Assembly (NCBI GenBank): GCA_043228905.1
Contig: JBHGNT010000014.1
Coordinates: 20,088,001 to 20,152,000, forward strand
DNA from: Azolla caroliniana
Lineage: Eukaryota; Plantae; Polypodiophyta
Length of the DNA: 64,000 bases
Direction: 5' to 3'
The translations under genes and the position numbers were made by a program. The stretch's first letter is position 1; every line of letters starts with the position of its first letter. Below, piece after piece: positions 1 to 12,509 of this stretch. The notes beneath the pieces were generated by a model. That model saw nothing but the letters and a program-made list of their open reading frames with translations. It was not told the DNA's origin and did not search any database.

Positions 1-705
1 ACAAAGGCTGAGAAGGAGGACATGATGAAAGTACCATATGCCTCTGCCGTCGGAAGCTTGATGTACGCAATGGTGTGTACAAGACCGGACATTGGATACG
101 CAGTCGGAGTGGTGAGCCGGTACATGAGCAACCCCGGCAAAGAGCATTGGAACGCGGCCAAGTGGATACTCCGATACCTGAAGGGCACGGCAAACGTGTG
201 CCTCCGATTCGGCTCCGGTAAGCCCGAACTCGACGGCTTCACCGATTCGGATATGTCGGCTGATGCAGATACCAGCCGGTCCACATCAGGGTATGTGATG
301 ACGTATGCAGGGGGAGCTGTTTCATGGCAGTCGAGGCTGCAGAAGACGGTGGCGTTGTCAACCACGGAGGCGGAGTACATGGCGGTTGTTGAAGCCGGCA
401 AGGAAATAATATGGATGAAGGACTTCATTAAAGAGCTCGGTATCCGGCAGGAGGAGTATCGACTCTACTGCGACAGTCAGAGTGCCATCCACCTTGCGAA
501 GAATGCGGCTTATCACTCCCGGACGAAGCACATCCAGCGTAGATACCACTGGATCCGGGAAAGGATAGAAGACAAGGAGTTCATGCTGACGAAGATCCAC
601 ACGGACGAGAACGGGTCGGATATGCTGACTAAGGTACTTACACCCGACAAGCTGGAAGCATGCCGGAAGAGGATCGGATTGGAGAGACATCCCATGCCGA
701 AGTGA
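1..705 (+). CDS. copia Pol C-terminus (RT/RNase H), 5' part outside the window
   Basis: Open frame to TGA at 703-705 with conserved RNase H motifs. Confidence 0.92.
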   Translation, partial: TKAEKEDMMKVPYASAVGSLMYAMVCTRPDIGYAVGVVSRYMSNPGKEHWNAAKWILRYLKGTANVCLRFGSGKPELDGFTDSDMSADADTSRSTSGYVMTYAGGAVSWQSRLQKTVALSTTEAEYMAVVEAGKEIIWMKDFIKELGIRQEEYRLYCDSQSAIHLAKNAAYHSRTKHIQRRYHWIRERIEDKEFMLTKIHTDENGSDMLTKVLTPDKLEACRKRIGLERHPMPK

Positions 706-715
706 AGGGGGAGTT

Positions 716-1438
716 TGTTGGGATTTACGGTCCCTCCGGATGGGATGTCCGGAGATGAATGACGGCAAGCCCGGTTGCGGTTACGGAACCGGATGATGAC
801 GAAGACCCGGCTACGGAGCCGGATGCTGAAGACACCGGTTACGGAGCCGGATGACGAAGACCCGGCTACGGAGCCGGATGCTGAAGACCCCGGTTACGGA
901 GCCGGATGACGAAGACCCGGCTACGGAGCCGGATGCTGAAGACCCCGGTTACGGAGCCGGATGACGCATGTACCCGGAGAGAGATCCGGATGCGGGGACA
1001 TATTTGTGAATATGTTTGCCAAGGGCCCTCGAGGCTATATTTGTAAATAGCCCGAAAGTCATATGGGTATAAATATGACTTAGGGCAAACAGTTTAAATG
1101 TTGCTGCTCATTTTCTGTTTTCCACTTAGAGGGAGCGAAGTGAGAGCAGCCGAGAGAGAGAGAGAGAGAGAGACGAAGAGGTCGTTGCCTCTGTGTAGTA
1201 CCGCCGCCTGTGGCGAAGACAGTGAGCTCAAGGTTGTTGCCTTGAAGCCTCACCATTGTACATCCCTGTTCATAGTGATAGTTGGAGTTTGAGGACTCCC
1301 GTGGTTTTTCCCATTTAGGGTTTTCCACGTAAAATATCTAGTGTACCTTTCTCTCTATTGTCCTCGTGCACTTTGTATTTCCCGTTTTCTTGGAGTTGAT
1401 CCTATTCCTCGGTTGTGGCCGAGCACTGTTTTTCAACA
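716..1438 (+). repeat. 3' LTR (723 bp) with internal tandem array and TATA-like box
   Basis: TG...CA termini with TGTTG/CAACA inverted ends, immediately after the PPT. TATAAATA at about 1068 and a GA tract downstream. Confidence 0.85.
779..966 (+). repeat. Tandem array of 7 units, alternating 27/28 bp (55-bp higher-order repeat), in U3
   Basis: GGTTACGGAGCCGGATGACGAAGACCC alternates with GGCTACGGAGCCGGATGCTGAAGACCCC. Units start at 779, 809, 837, 864, 892, 919 and 947. Confidence 0.95.
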
Positions 1439-3765
1439 GGATCTACAATCCACTTACTACATGTATACGCGAGCACTTGAATAGCCATGTTCACTAGTGT
1501 TGGTTCCGCATTGTCTCACAACTTGTGGCATTGGATCCTATTGGGTGTTTCCTTGACTCTTGGAATCAAGGAACCCTCCTCATTGCCTATCCACTTCTCC
1601 ATTGTCGTCCTTGGACTAGTAACTTCCCCACGTAGTAGAGCGTTCATAATTTCAAATCTCATAGTCCATTCGCCCTTGATTCCATGCAGTAGGTTGGTTT
1701 GATCCTGTCATGGCAATGCCATGAGCCGCCTCCGACATTCTATGCTCTTTGATGGACCTTTTGCAATGCTTCCCCACAACAACCCCTTACTTGATCCAAT
1801 TAGTTTATCTAATTCATCTCAGATACATGGGTTTCACAAGATGCATTGATTGAGTTAGGCAAGTTCAAAGTTAGGTTGACCGCATGTGAGCCCTCTTCTT
1901 ATGTCACACCACACCTTCTACATGGATGCACTGAATCTATCCTCCAATTGGCGTGAGAATCTTGGTTTGAGACCCATGTTTAGAATCCATCCCATCTGAG
2001 GGGCCCAATTAGCACATGTACGCGGCTTAAAGTAAGCGATGCGTAGTCTCAATAACGCTTTCCAACAATAATCCCTTGGTTGGAGTCCTTGCATCACAAA
2101 TTTGGCGAGTAATGCTTTGGACTATGAGAGGGAATCAATCAAACCGATCCCTCCTCTCGACTTGGGTGAAGTGAGAACATGCCATGCCACCTTGGTTGAG
2201 GCTGCATAGTTTTTCTTACATGATGATATGTAATTGTGTACCCGTCTCTGCCTCTTATTTATACTTCCTTTGGAGATCGTCAAACATAGTAGGTTGTACC
2301 GTGTTGTTGCAAGAAATACCTGATTCACCACTATGATGTGTCTTGCCAGTGAAAGTTTTTTCGAGCTCGAATGTATCAACTTTTGTTGTATGGAGTGAAT
2401 AACTGGTGCAATCATTGTCTCAGGAGGCGTGTTGAAGCCAATTTGGAAACCCAAATACTTGGTGCTCACTCCCTAGTTTATCCATGTGAAATTGGGATGT
2501 GGGCACCAAGTTGGATGCGGTTCATCATAGAGCCATATTGCACAGGATTTATGCCAATTGATCATGGCGTTTGATCTCTCGCAAAACAAAGATAGTCCAC
2601 TTTCTAGCTTCTTTAGATTCTCCATGTCCCCTTGCATGTAGATTGTGGTATCTTCCACAAATTCTATATCTAGGAGTCATTGGTGAGAGTGTGACACAAG
2701 AACACCACGTAGGTTTACATGCCTCCGGTTGCGGAAGCTAGATAGTGCGTCTGTATATAATAGAAATAGGGATGGAGCATGTGGGCATCCCTGTCGCACA
2801 CCCGTCGCACATAACGTGATATTTGGAGGAAGGGCCCCCTTTCACTTGCTATTGATACACAATTGCTGACATTTTTGTGCAGGGCTACCGTGCCTTTAAT
2901 CCACGACCCTTGGAAGCCAAGTTTCCCCATCATTCTTTCTAGAAAACCCCAACCTACCATGTTGTATGCTTTCTCGAAATCTAGAAGCACCACAACCACC
3001 TTATTGTTGGTACGCTTCGCAAGGGCTATTACTTCCCAGAATGAGAAGAGGTTGTTTAAGATGTTCTGATTTTTAACGAAGCCTATCTAGGAGGAGTGAA
3101 TGAGTTGATTGAAAAGGCGTGTTTGAAGGCATGCCATGATTTTTGCTAGCAAATGGTAGACAATATTGAGAAAAGTTATGGGCTGCTACTTACTTATGTT
3201 GTTGGCATTCCCGCCACCTTTGGGAACATAGTTGTTAAAAAGCGTGTATTCTACGTTTTAGATATTCTGAAGTATTCTACACGTATTCTATTCTATTTAA
3301 CGTATTCTACGTTTTAGAACGGTTGTTTTGCAAATGTTCACGTATTCTAAGAATTTGACGTATTTAACAAGCATTTATCACTTCAAAAAAGTTTAAAATT
3401 TTTTAATTTTTTGAAAAAAAACTTAAAATTTTAAGAAGTATTTAATGTATTTTACAAATATTCTACACGTATTCAAGTATTTAACGTATTTTATCTATAA
3501 AATACGTATTCTAAGTATTTAGAAAAAAAAGTTAGAGCACTTAACATATGTATTTTACATGTATTGTATGTTAAGTATTCTACAACAATGTTTGGGAATG
3601 AGATGTAGCATTCCTTCGGCATATTACCATATGTTTGGAGGAGGTCTTCTTTAATAATATCCCAAAGGCTAGTGAAGAAGTGAGGAGTTAGGCCATTATT
3701 CCAGGGAAATTATCTGCATCTAACTCAAAGAGTGCATCTCATATTTCCATGATTGATAGGGGAGA
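1439..3765 (-). mobile_element. Degenerate L1-type LINE ORF2 (RT region), interrupted by a hAT MITE and abutting the copia LTR
   Basis: Minus-strand fragments LLDFEKAYN, INWHKS, YLGFQIG, KLSLA and KVAW..LTSPKSRGGIG, with many stops and frameshifts. Confidence 0.85.
3227..3590. mobile_element. hAT-type MITE (364 bp)
   Basis: Perfect 8-bp TSD TTTGGGAA (3219-3226 and 3591-3598). Termini CATAGTTGT / ACAACAATG. Interior is full of (C)GTATT(CT) motifs. The LINE sequence resumes across it. Confidence 0.85.
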
Positions 3766-3849
3766 GTGCATCTCATATATGGCAATATCCAATGTTTTGG
3801 GGCGTTGATGGTATTTTATGTTGGTCTCTTATCCTTTGCTAGGAGAAGT

Positions 3850-4760
3850 GGTTAAGCACACTTAAATCAATTTTGCGTAATCTTAATATTCGTTAATTGT
3901 CCCTCGAGTTAGACAATGTGCACTTGAGCATGAAGACTTGCATCTCTAGATATAGGCATGTCTTTTGTCCCTTCAATTGTTGAACATTATTGCAAGTGGT
4001 TCATCAACATGGCCAATTTATTTAGTTTTGACCAATCTTTATCTTTCATACAAATGGCTCTCTTTTGGTCAATCGATCTCCATTGCCAGCTCCTTTGGCT
4101 CAAAACATTGTAGATATAATTCTTCCATGAAGAAAAGTTGGTTTTGTAAAACAACCAACACTCTAACACCACTAATATTGCATCATCTTGGTGTGTTTAC
4201 CTTGTTAGAGTGGAGCAAGTTGAAAATATGTGGAGAGCAAACCTGAATGTGGTTGAATGTAGTGCATTAGATCAAAGTGTAATGCTCTAACTCCCAAACT
4301 TCTTCAAGGAATAATATGCATTGTCGATGAGTCTCTCATATGTGCCCCAACACCCTGTCTTACATTTAAGCAAATGTGAGCTAACTTGTGTGGAAGAAAT
4401 AGTGTAGATGGTGGATAGAGGAATGTGCAACATATGTTCAATTGATACACCTAAAGCACATGTAATGTATCACATTTTCCATTGCAATTGGGATTGCACA
4501 TTGTGGTTGTGAGAGAAATTCGTGCGAGGATTGGGTTGGGTCAAAGATGCATCTAAAGCATCGTTGAATGTAATCAAAGACAAAGCATTGTATTAGTATG
4601 ATACTTAGACTCCCAAACTTGTTTAGGGAAAAAAGTGCATAATGGACTAGTCTCATCACATGTGCCCCAACATCCTATCTCACATCGAAGCAAATGTGAA
4701 GTAAGACATATGGAAGCAATGGTTTGGATAGTGGACAAACGAATGGGCTCTTATAACAAG
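3850..4760 (-). mobile_element. Relic 3' part of an RTE-like LINE with an internal ~320-bp duplication
   Basis: Minus strand reads SSHLLKCKTGCWG and TSHLLRCEIGCWG, resembling the SH.L..E.G.W motif of non-L1 LINE C-termini. Anchors CTCCCAAACTT, ATGTGCCCCAACA and AAGCAAATGTGA each recur about 320 bp apart. Confidence 0.5.
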
Positions 4761-5541
4761 TATAGATGTGTGTGATTACCCCACTCAAGGAAGAATATGG
4801 TTTTGTAGTTAGGTGCGACGTATATAGCATAACGTGTGAAGTGTGAGCGTCCTCATTTTTCCCATGTCATGATACATTGGCGTTGCAAGGCCTTGCTCAT
4901 AGAGGAATCTATTGATGCATTGTGAAGCAATTGTGCTCCATCCAATACAACAAACCATTTATTTCATATCTTGCCTCTAATCGAACACACAACTTTGCTT
5001 TTATATGTCTATTGGATCGTTGAGAGAGAGGTCCTCTCGTTCATCATTTGTTCTCCACGGAAACGAACAAAAATTGCACAAGTTCAAGTTCCCATCGAGC
5101 AAGCACATTGAACATTTTTTTTTGCAATACTATAGTCTATACCAATGTTCTTCTAAAATTGTGTTCTTGTAGAAACAAGCCAACACGCCAATGCAAACAT
5201 ATTTGAGCATACAAGTTTAGCTGATGAAGCAAAATCCTCAATGCGGCATTCGAGATGGGGGGGGGGGGGAGACAAAAACACGGATACATGCAGAGTGAGA
5301 GACATTGGAACGAGTATACAGAGTATTCAGGTGAATCCTCCTCATCTGAAGAGGACGATGAAGTGAATCCTCGGAACAAGCATGCTAGTGCTAGTTCGAC
5401 ACAACTATGTAGTGATTGTGTGCGTGAGTCGGGATCGGACACGAAGCGAATGAATGAAGTGAGTCAAGATCGGATGAAGGCAATGAATGAATGAAAGGCT
5501 TTGCTGGGAAGGCCAAAGAGGCAGAGACAAGAGGCAAGCAC

Positions 5542-5542
<1 letters not shown>

Positions 5543-5592
<50 letters not shown>

Positions 5593-5807
5593 AGTGAAGA
5601 AGGGATGCATGTAAAAAAAAGGAGATAGAGAACATAAATTACAAACCGAAAAAAGGAGGCAGCATCATCATCATCATCACTATGATCAGAAGAAAAATAA
5701 AAGGCAAAAAACTCTTTCTTTCTCTCTATACATACATACATTAAGAGAGAATCAAGTATGTAGTAGTAGACTTAGTTAGACCCTAGAAGAAACCCTCTCC
5801 CCCCCCC

Positions 5808-5845
<38 letters not shown>

Positions 5846-6322
5846 CTCTGAAGATACATCCATACATAGATTCAGAAGAAAACAGAGAAACCCATCACTG
5901 GATCTCCCATCTCCATCTCCATCTCCCACCTTCTCTGAAATCTTTTCTTCCTTCCTTCTTTTTTTGAGTTCTTTCGCTTTAATGGGTTCCTTTCGTCCTT
6001 CTAATTCGATTCCTCTGTTTTTTCTCCTTCCATAGCCATCCTTCCTCCCGAGTGAGAAACAAAAAAAAACCCTAACGCTGACCTCCCCCCCCCCCCCCCT
6101 CTACCGCTAACTCTTATCCATTCCTAAGACCAGAAACTCTAAATTCGTCCCTAACCCAACAAACGGTAACCTAGAAGCCCTAAACCCTAATATTGATCCT
6201 GAACCCAAATACCTAACCCTAACCCTAACACTGACATAAAAAACCCATAACACATAACCCAAATCTTCCTCTGTTCCGAGAAAAGCCTATCTATATAAAA
6301 TTCCTTCTCTCCACTGTTCTCG

Positions 6323-6361
<39 letters not shown>

Positions 6362-6362
6362 T
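5543..6362 (+). promoter_or_regulatory. Alfin-like promoter/5'UTR with (GA)n/(CT)n tracts, telo-boxes and (TTTC)n
   Basis: (GA)n 5543-5590, (CT)n about 5810-5838, AAACCCTAA at 6067-6075 and 6182-6190, CCCTAA repeats about 6212-6228, TATA-like TATATAAAA about 6292. Confidence 0.55.
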
Positions 6363-6413
6363 GTTTTGTTTTTTCTCCGCCGAATATTTTGCTGTGTACT
6401 GTTTGATCAATCC

Positions 6414-7463
6414 ATGGAGGTTTCTTCTATGCCAAGCACGGTGGAAGAAGTGTTCGATGATTATAGAGGTCGTCGAGCCGCCCTCATTACGGCTCTTACA
6501 ACTGGTGACTCAATGATCTTAGATCCTTCTCGATTAGATTCTATGCCCCGTTTCCTTTTTTCTTCACGGTTAGGATTTTAGGATTAGGGTGTAGGGATTT
6601 TTTATTTTGCACCTAACTTTTCTTCGATTTCGCTGTTCTCTGCAGATGTGACTGATTTCTACAACCAGTGTGATCCAGGTTTGCTGCCAAAAGCCTATAC
6701 TTTTTCTATCCATTATTTATACAAGAATATATGATACTACTCGCATATATGTATGTATGTATATGTGTACATACACATACATATTACAAAGTATGATTAA
6801 CATGTTCAGCACATAGGTTTATAATGGCTGTTTTCTATGATGCATTTGCATGTGCATTTGCCGAACACGGAGAAGCATACAGAGGGAGGTTAAGATAAGC
6901 TATGTACATTGGTTGTAAGTAATGAGTCACATTTCAAATCAATATTTTCCTCCAATGTATCAATCATGAATTGCATTAATACAAGTTATGTACAGTTATT
7001 GAAGGTAATGTTGCTGTAAGTGAACATAATAAAAGGATATACATCTATTTACCTGGGAAGAAATGGTATAAATGAATTAAGAAAGCATTTCATTGAAGGC
7101 ACTGTTACCTAAATTTCATATGAAAAACTAGTAAAAAAGGATCAAGTCAAATGCACAATATTGATCTAGAGAGAGAATTTGTAAATTGTATGCATGTTTC
7201 TGGAGACAATGCTGGTAGATTTCAATACAAGATGAAGCTATGCATAGATAAAGTTATGTAAATGAGCCTGAATGCTTTTCATTGAATGCAAAGTTGCTGT
7301 AAGGAATGTGAGAAAAGAAATAAGGAAGAGGGATCAAGAGAGATAGACAGGATTGATGGAAAAAGAAATGTAGTATTCATAGTGTCTACAGCAGGGCACC
7401 AATACATATAAGACCAGAGGTAAAACCATCATTTGATACATTATTTAGCTAAAAATTCACAGA

Positions 7464-7509
<46 letters not shown>

Positions 7510-8824
7510 CTACATACACAATGTAGCTGGTAAGATATAAGCTAATGCAAATAATAAGTGAGAGTTTGGTCTTTGGTTTTGATGTTGTACAGAGAAAGAG
7601 AATTTGTGCCTTTATGGGTATCCTCAGGGGAATTGGGAGGTGACATTCCCTGTAGAGGAAGTGCCCCCAGAGCTCCCTGAACCCGCCCTTGGCATCAATT
7701 TTGCACGTGATGGGATGGAGCATCGTGATTGGCTCTCGCTGATTGCCGTTCACAGTGATTCATGGCTCTATGCGGTTGCATTCTACTATTGCGCTCGTTT
7801 TGACAAACTAGAAAGGTAAGAGCAGTTTGTGTGCTCTCGATAAGACATTGTTTATATACACACCTGCTATGTAATGCTTGAGCTACACACTCAGTCAAAA
7901 TTTTGGCTGTTATGTGAGATTTACTTATTTGAAAGGCTCACCCCCTAATACTCTTGTGTGGATAGACATATATCTAAATCTGCAAATTGAAACAAGGAAA
8001 TTGACTAATACAAGATCCTTATGAACATTGATGACTTCATACTATTGCAGAAAACGTTTATTTGGGTTGATCAATGAGCTTCCAACTGTGTATGAGGTGG
8101 TGAGTGGAAGAAAGTCTACAAAAGAGAAGGTCATCAATACTACTAACGGGTCTAGTACTAAAGAGAAGACCATTAATAATATTAATGGTTCTGGCACGAA
8201 AGAGAAGATCATTAATACAAATGTGTCTAGCATGAAAGATAAGATCGTAACTACGAATGGGTCAAGCAAAACCAAGTCAAGTGTGAAAAAGGTATCAAAT
8301 TAATTTCCATGTAAACTTAGATAGTTGTGTTGAAAAAAAAAATGCACTGTAATTCTTCATATACATGATATTGGTTTATGGATTCTTATAGGGAAAAAGA
8401 CCTCGTGTTGGATTATGTTTTTAATTTTGCAGTAAACACGATTTTGGTTCATGGATTCTTATAAGGATGGTGTTATATATCTTCATATACATGATGTTGG
8501 GTCATGGATTCTTTCAAGGAAATGTGTTATAAGTCATCATAAGAAACCACTTTGCTTGATGGATTTGTGTAGGAAAAAGTTATGAAACAAGCCCCGCCTC
8601 CACCAAAAGAAGAAGATGAAAATGAAGAGGATGAAGAGGAAGATAATGAGACATATTGTGGTATATGTGGAGGGCTCTACTCAGGATCAGAGTTTTGGAT
8701 TGCGTGTGATCTTTGTCAAAAGTGGTACCATGGGAAGTGTGTGAAGATGACTGCGGCAAGAGCCGAGCACATCAAACAATACAAGTGTCCTCCATGCACC
8801 AATAACAAACGGGCACGCCCTTGA
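6414..8824 (+). CDS. AL: Alfin-like PHD finger protein, 279 aa. Exons 6414-6504, 6646-6678, 7593-7815, 8051-8291, 8573-8824.
   Basis: Alfin domain ([60 protein letters not shown]...[14 protein letters not shown]), acidic tract and C-terminal PHD (CGICGGLY...[18 protein letters not shown]...YKCPPC). All introns are GT-AG and the exons sum to 840 nt in frame. Confidence 0.95.
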
Positions 8825-9299
8825 TTACCACCAATAAAAACCAAAACAGAAAAACAGTATATTTTAACTATTTTGATGATATGATTCTAGCGCGTTCATG
8901 CCTCGGATTGCGGCGTCGGATCGTTTTCTTAGTAGTGTGTATTAGGACAACCAACTAACCTCGGTATTTCAGCCACATGGTTTTTCTTTTTTAACTTAAA
9001 AAAAAAGTATATGTTCTAATTTTCACCCTCTTTTTGTGTTCATATTTGAATTTCAATTTATTTCTATTTGGACAATACATATGCTTCATGCAGCTTCAGA
9101 TCAGAAGCACTTGTGATATCAGTTGGTTTTGTGGGTTTTCACTGGTAATATGATAGTATTTAGTGCAACAGTTCTGGTTTCAACTTTGCATGCCCTTTTT
9201 ACCTTCAGTATGATTATTTTGTGCACAGAGAAGTCTGGTTTAAACGTCTTTTTTATCTTCTTTGTGATTCTTACTTACACCAAATGAAGAGTAAATCGC

Positions 9300-11160
9300 G
9301 GAAGCAGTGGAGTTAAGGACAATTCACTGTTTGAGTTAAAGGAGTTCCATGTAGGTGGATCAGCTCAAGGACAAGTTATATTGATCGGTCCTCGCCTAAT
9401 GAGGGTGATGACAAGTGGATAGTCATCATCTGGAGGAAACCCTTTCTTCAAGTTGTTGGAATGGGAAACATTGAACTATGTAGTGATTTCCATATGAAAT
9501 CTTATCAATTGTTCTGGGAAACCTTCTAAAAGTGCATAATCTAGTGCCTACTAAATGGATATTAGTTTATATTGTTTAAACTGGGAAAGCCACCTCTTTA
9601 TCTAGATCTTGTAAAGTAATTGATTAGCAATCCAAGAGAACATTTCTGATCCTACCAAGAAATGAAATATCTATAGTGTGCAATTGGAATCACAGTACCA
9701 AAATTGGTTCATCCACAATACTGTGTAGCTCAAAATCCTTGGATCCTTCATTGCTACCCCCAGAAAGTACATCAACCATGTGCGCGAGGATAGCAATTTG
9801 ATCTGCTACATGCTTTTGTAAAATGAGCTCTCTATTCTCCTCAACTTTCTTGGTCCTATTGTTAATCTTCAATTAACTAACTCAGTCTCAATTTGTCATG
9901 AATATCAATGAGTGACATCCTATCTTGAGGTAGATAAGAGTTCCTTAAGCACTCAATGGATCCTTAACTTTGTCAACATGTATGAATTCTAACGCCTGGA
10001 CTTGTTCCATCTTTTGATAGTTCATGGGATGTTTTCCTTCAAATGTTTTGAATCTACCATCTAAGGTATGTGGACATTGATTGAATCGCACATTTTGACT
10101 CATTTTCTTGCTAGGTGAATCATAGAGCCCATGGACCTTAGACTTTGGGTTGTATCCTACGAACAAGGATTTCATTTTGTTGGTATCCAATTTAATCTTG
10201 CATTTGTTAGAATGTGCACATTTGACTTTATGACATTTTCAAATGCATGGACAAATTTCTTGTTTGTACATGCATTTTATGGGGCCACATTTTCTATTTT
10301 GGATGTGAAAGTTGAGATGACTATGTATGCCACAATCTTAACTCTCTTAGCATAGGAAAATTTGCACATTTTCACTCCTTTAGCCATACATCCCAACAAT
10401 GGTTCAATTGTAATGTGTCCCACACATGATACTTTGGAGGCAATTCATAGAGCTGTTTCTAGACCAACTTGATTCCAAACTTTGTCAACCCAACATCTAC
10501 CAATTTATTCTCAAGGTTTTGGATCAATAAATTTTTAGCCATTTGTCGAGCTCATTTTAAGTTCAATAATTGTCAATAACAAATGCATTCTCCCCATGCA
10601 AATTGTTTACAAAGCATCTTCATTCTTGCTTATCAATAATAATTACGTTGCGTTTGGAGCAATCATAGCCATTGGAGTCCAAGCATGGTGTATGGGAGCT
10701 CATATGAATTGAACATGGTGAATATTGACAACTTGTAGTTTATCTTGCCAAGCTTCCCTTTTGAGAATATTGTTGGCATTCTTGGCCTTGGTCATATGAG
10801 GTGTCCTACTTGCAATGCTACTTGTTAAAGCCATCGATAACGCATGATTGAGAATGCACAACAAACGTATATTAAACATGGAGATTTATACTCTACGAAC
10901 ATTGACTTGTTGAGATTAAATTTACAACTTGAACCACTTACATTTGTTGGGATTTATCATTGACTTTATAAAAGAAAGATGCCTTTGCATTGAATAAGGT
11001 GAATATCTTTAATATCCTCTTCACTCTCCCATGATTATTAGATTGACCTTAAATTCTATGTTTACTTGTGATGACTTCTATATAGATCAAGGCCATGTCT
11101 TGTATGAATGGTATATTATTGTTGATTAGCCTTTCATCAGAAGTGTTCTTATCATTGATC
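9300..11160 (-). mobile_element. Highly degenerate Ty1/copia relic (gag/integrase)
   Basis: KSLFVGYNPKSKVHGLYD at 9945-10190 resembles the copia integrase C-terminal C.F.GY....K.YRLYD motif. Boundaries are approximate. Confidence 0.55.
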
Positions 11161-11439
11161 TATTCCACTATGTATATATAATTGATCCTCCATAAAAATG
11201 TATCCTCTAATGTTTCACAAGGTATTAGAATGCTAGGTTTATTCATTGACATAACTTCTCTATTGCTTGTGTGTTTCTCATTGATGGGCCAATCAAGAAG
11301 AACTAGTTCATACGTGTCCTTGTGGTCAATGATTATTGTTATTGTAGTGCAGATACATAATTTGTATGTGGAGGAGTTGCACCACATTTCGTGAGTGAAG
11401 ATCGATAAAAAGAAATTAATAGAAGACATCACCACCAAC

Positions 11440-11950
11440 AAGATGAATAAGCAAATGGGAAGCTCTCATCTTAGTGAGAAGCTTGATAGAACCAAATTCA
11501 CAGTTTGGAAGTATAAAATGAAAAAAGAAAACCCTTAGGACATGGAGATTGGGGCTACAAAGACAACAACTTGATAACAACTTGATAGATTTGCTGAGTT
11601 CAAGAAGTGTTGAGTATGTGGATGATTGCAAGGGTCTAATTGAGTATAGTTCTAAATACCATGCATGCGCAATCACATGCTTGGTTGTATACAAGATAAG
11701 AAGATGGCAAAGGATGTGAGGGAAATCTATGTAAGATGTTTGCTACCAACACAACTACATGCAAGCTTCAACTCCAACAAGAGTTTAATGTCATGCAATG
11801 AAGGGGTATGTTCATTTGATTACCAAAACCTCAATATCAAGTTGTTGTGTGATTCTCTTATATCTACGATGTGCAAGTTGATGATGAAAAGGTGGTGAAT
11901 GACATGCATATACATTGAGGTTTGTATATGTTCAAAAGAGTGGGGAGATT
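11440..11950 (+). mobile_element. Degenerate copia gag relic
   Basis: EKLDRTKFTVWKYKM at about 11476-11520 matches the copia Gag N-terminal KL.G.NF..WK..M motif. Confidence 0.5.
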
Positions 11951-12509
11951 CCACGATGGAGAAAACCATCAAAACAAGTCAATGTATACAGTATAGGTGT
12001 TTCGGCACTCCAATCAATTGTGGAGGAAAATTGTTGGAAAAGACGAGTGATAGTGCAAAACACCGACAATTCACCAACTACATTGCCAACTTTGAAGATG
12101 GCGTTTATCGAAAAGTGCTCCTAAAGAATCATAAACCAAGCACAAGTTTCAGGACATTGATGCCCATAAAGAATTATAAAACCCACTTTATGAAGAAAGC
12201 ACGTGTCATGACATCCCAAAAGATTATATAATAATTTATAATATATCATATACAATACTTAAAACATTATATTATAATATTTTAAATGATAGACATTACC
12301 TAGGCAATTGATCACCAAATGGCATGCATGAATGCTAGCTAAGTCACAACATCCATGATGGCAAAATTGCAACCTATATATTGCACAATAATGCACTATA
12401 TTTTTTCTAAGTAAAACTATTCTCGTTCAATGACCAAATAACAATCATGCTTTGCATAACTATGCATTATACATATATAGGGAGCATGTATTTTTCTTCT
12501 TAAAAGCCC

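Larger units (their letters stand above)
1..1438 (+). mobile_element. 3' end of a Ty1/copia LTR retrotransposon (RT end, RNase H, PPT, 3' LTR)
   Basis: ORF 22-705 has copia motifs YASAVGSLMYAMVCTRPDI, FTDSD, SWQSRLQKTVALSTTEAEY and SRTKHI. PPT AAGGGGGAG lies at about 705-713. The LTR runs TGTTG (716) to CAACA (1438). Confidence 0.95.

Noticed and set aside
779-966. CRISPR-like regular repeats
   Set aside because: No unique spacers, lies inside a plant LTR, and no cas genes
5137-5741. Short ORFs upstream of the Alfin-like gene
   Set aside because: Low complexity and microsatellite-driven, with no recognisable domain
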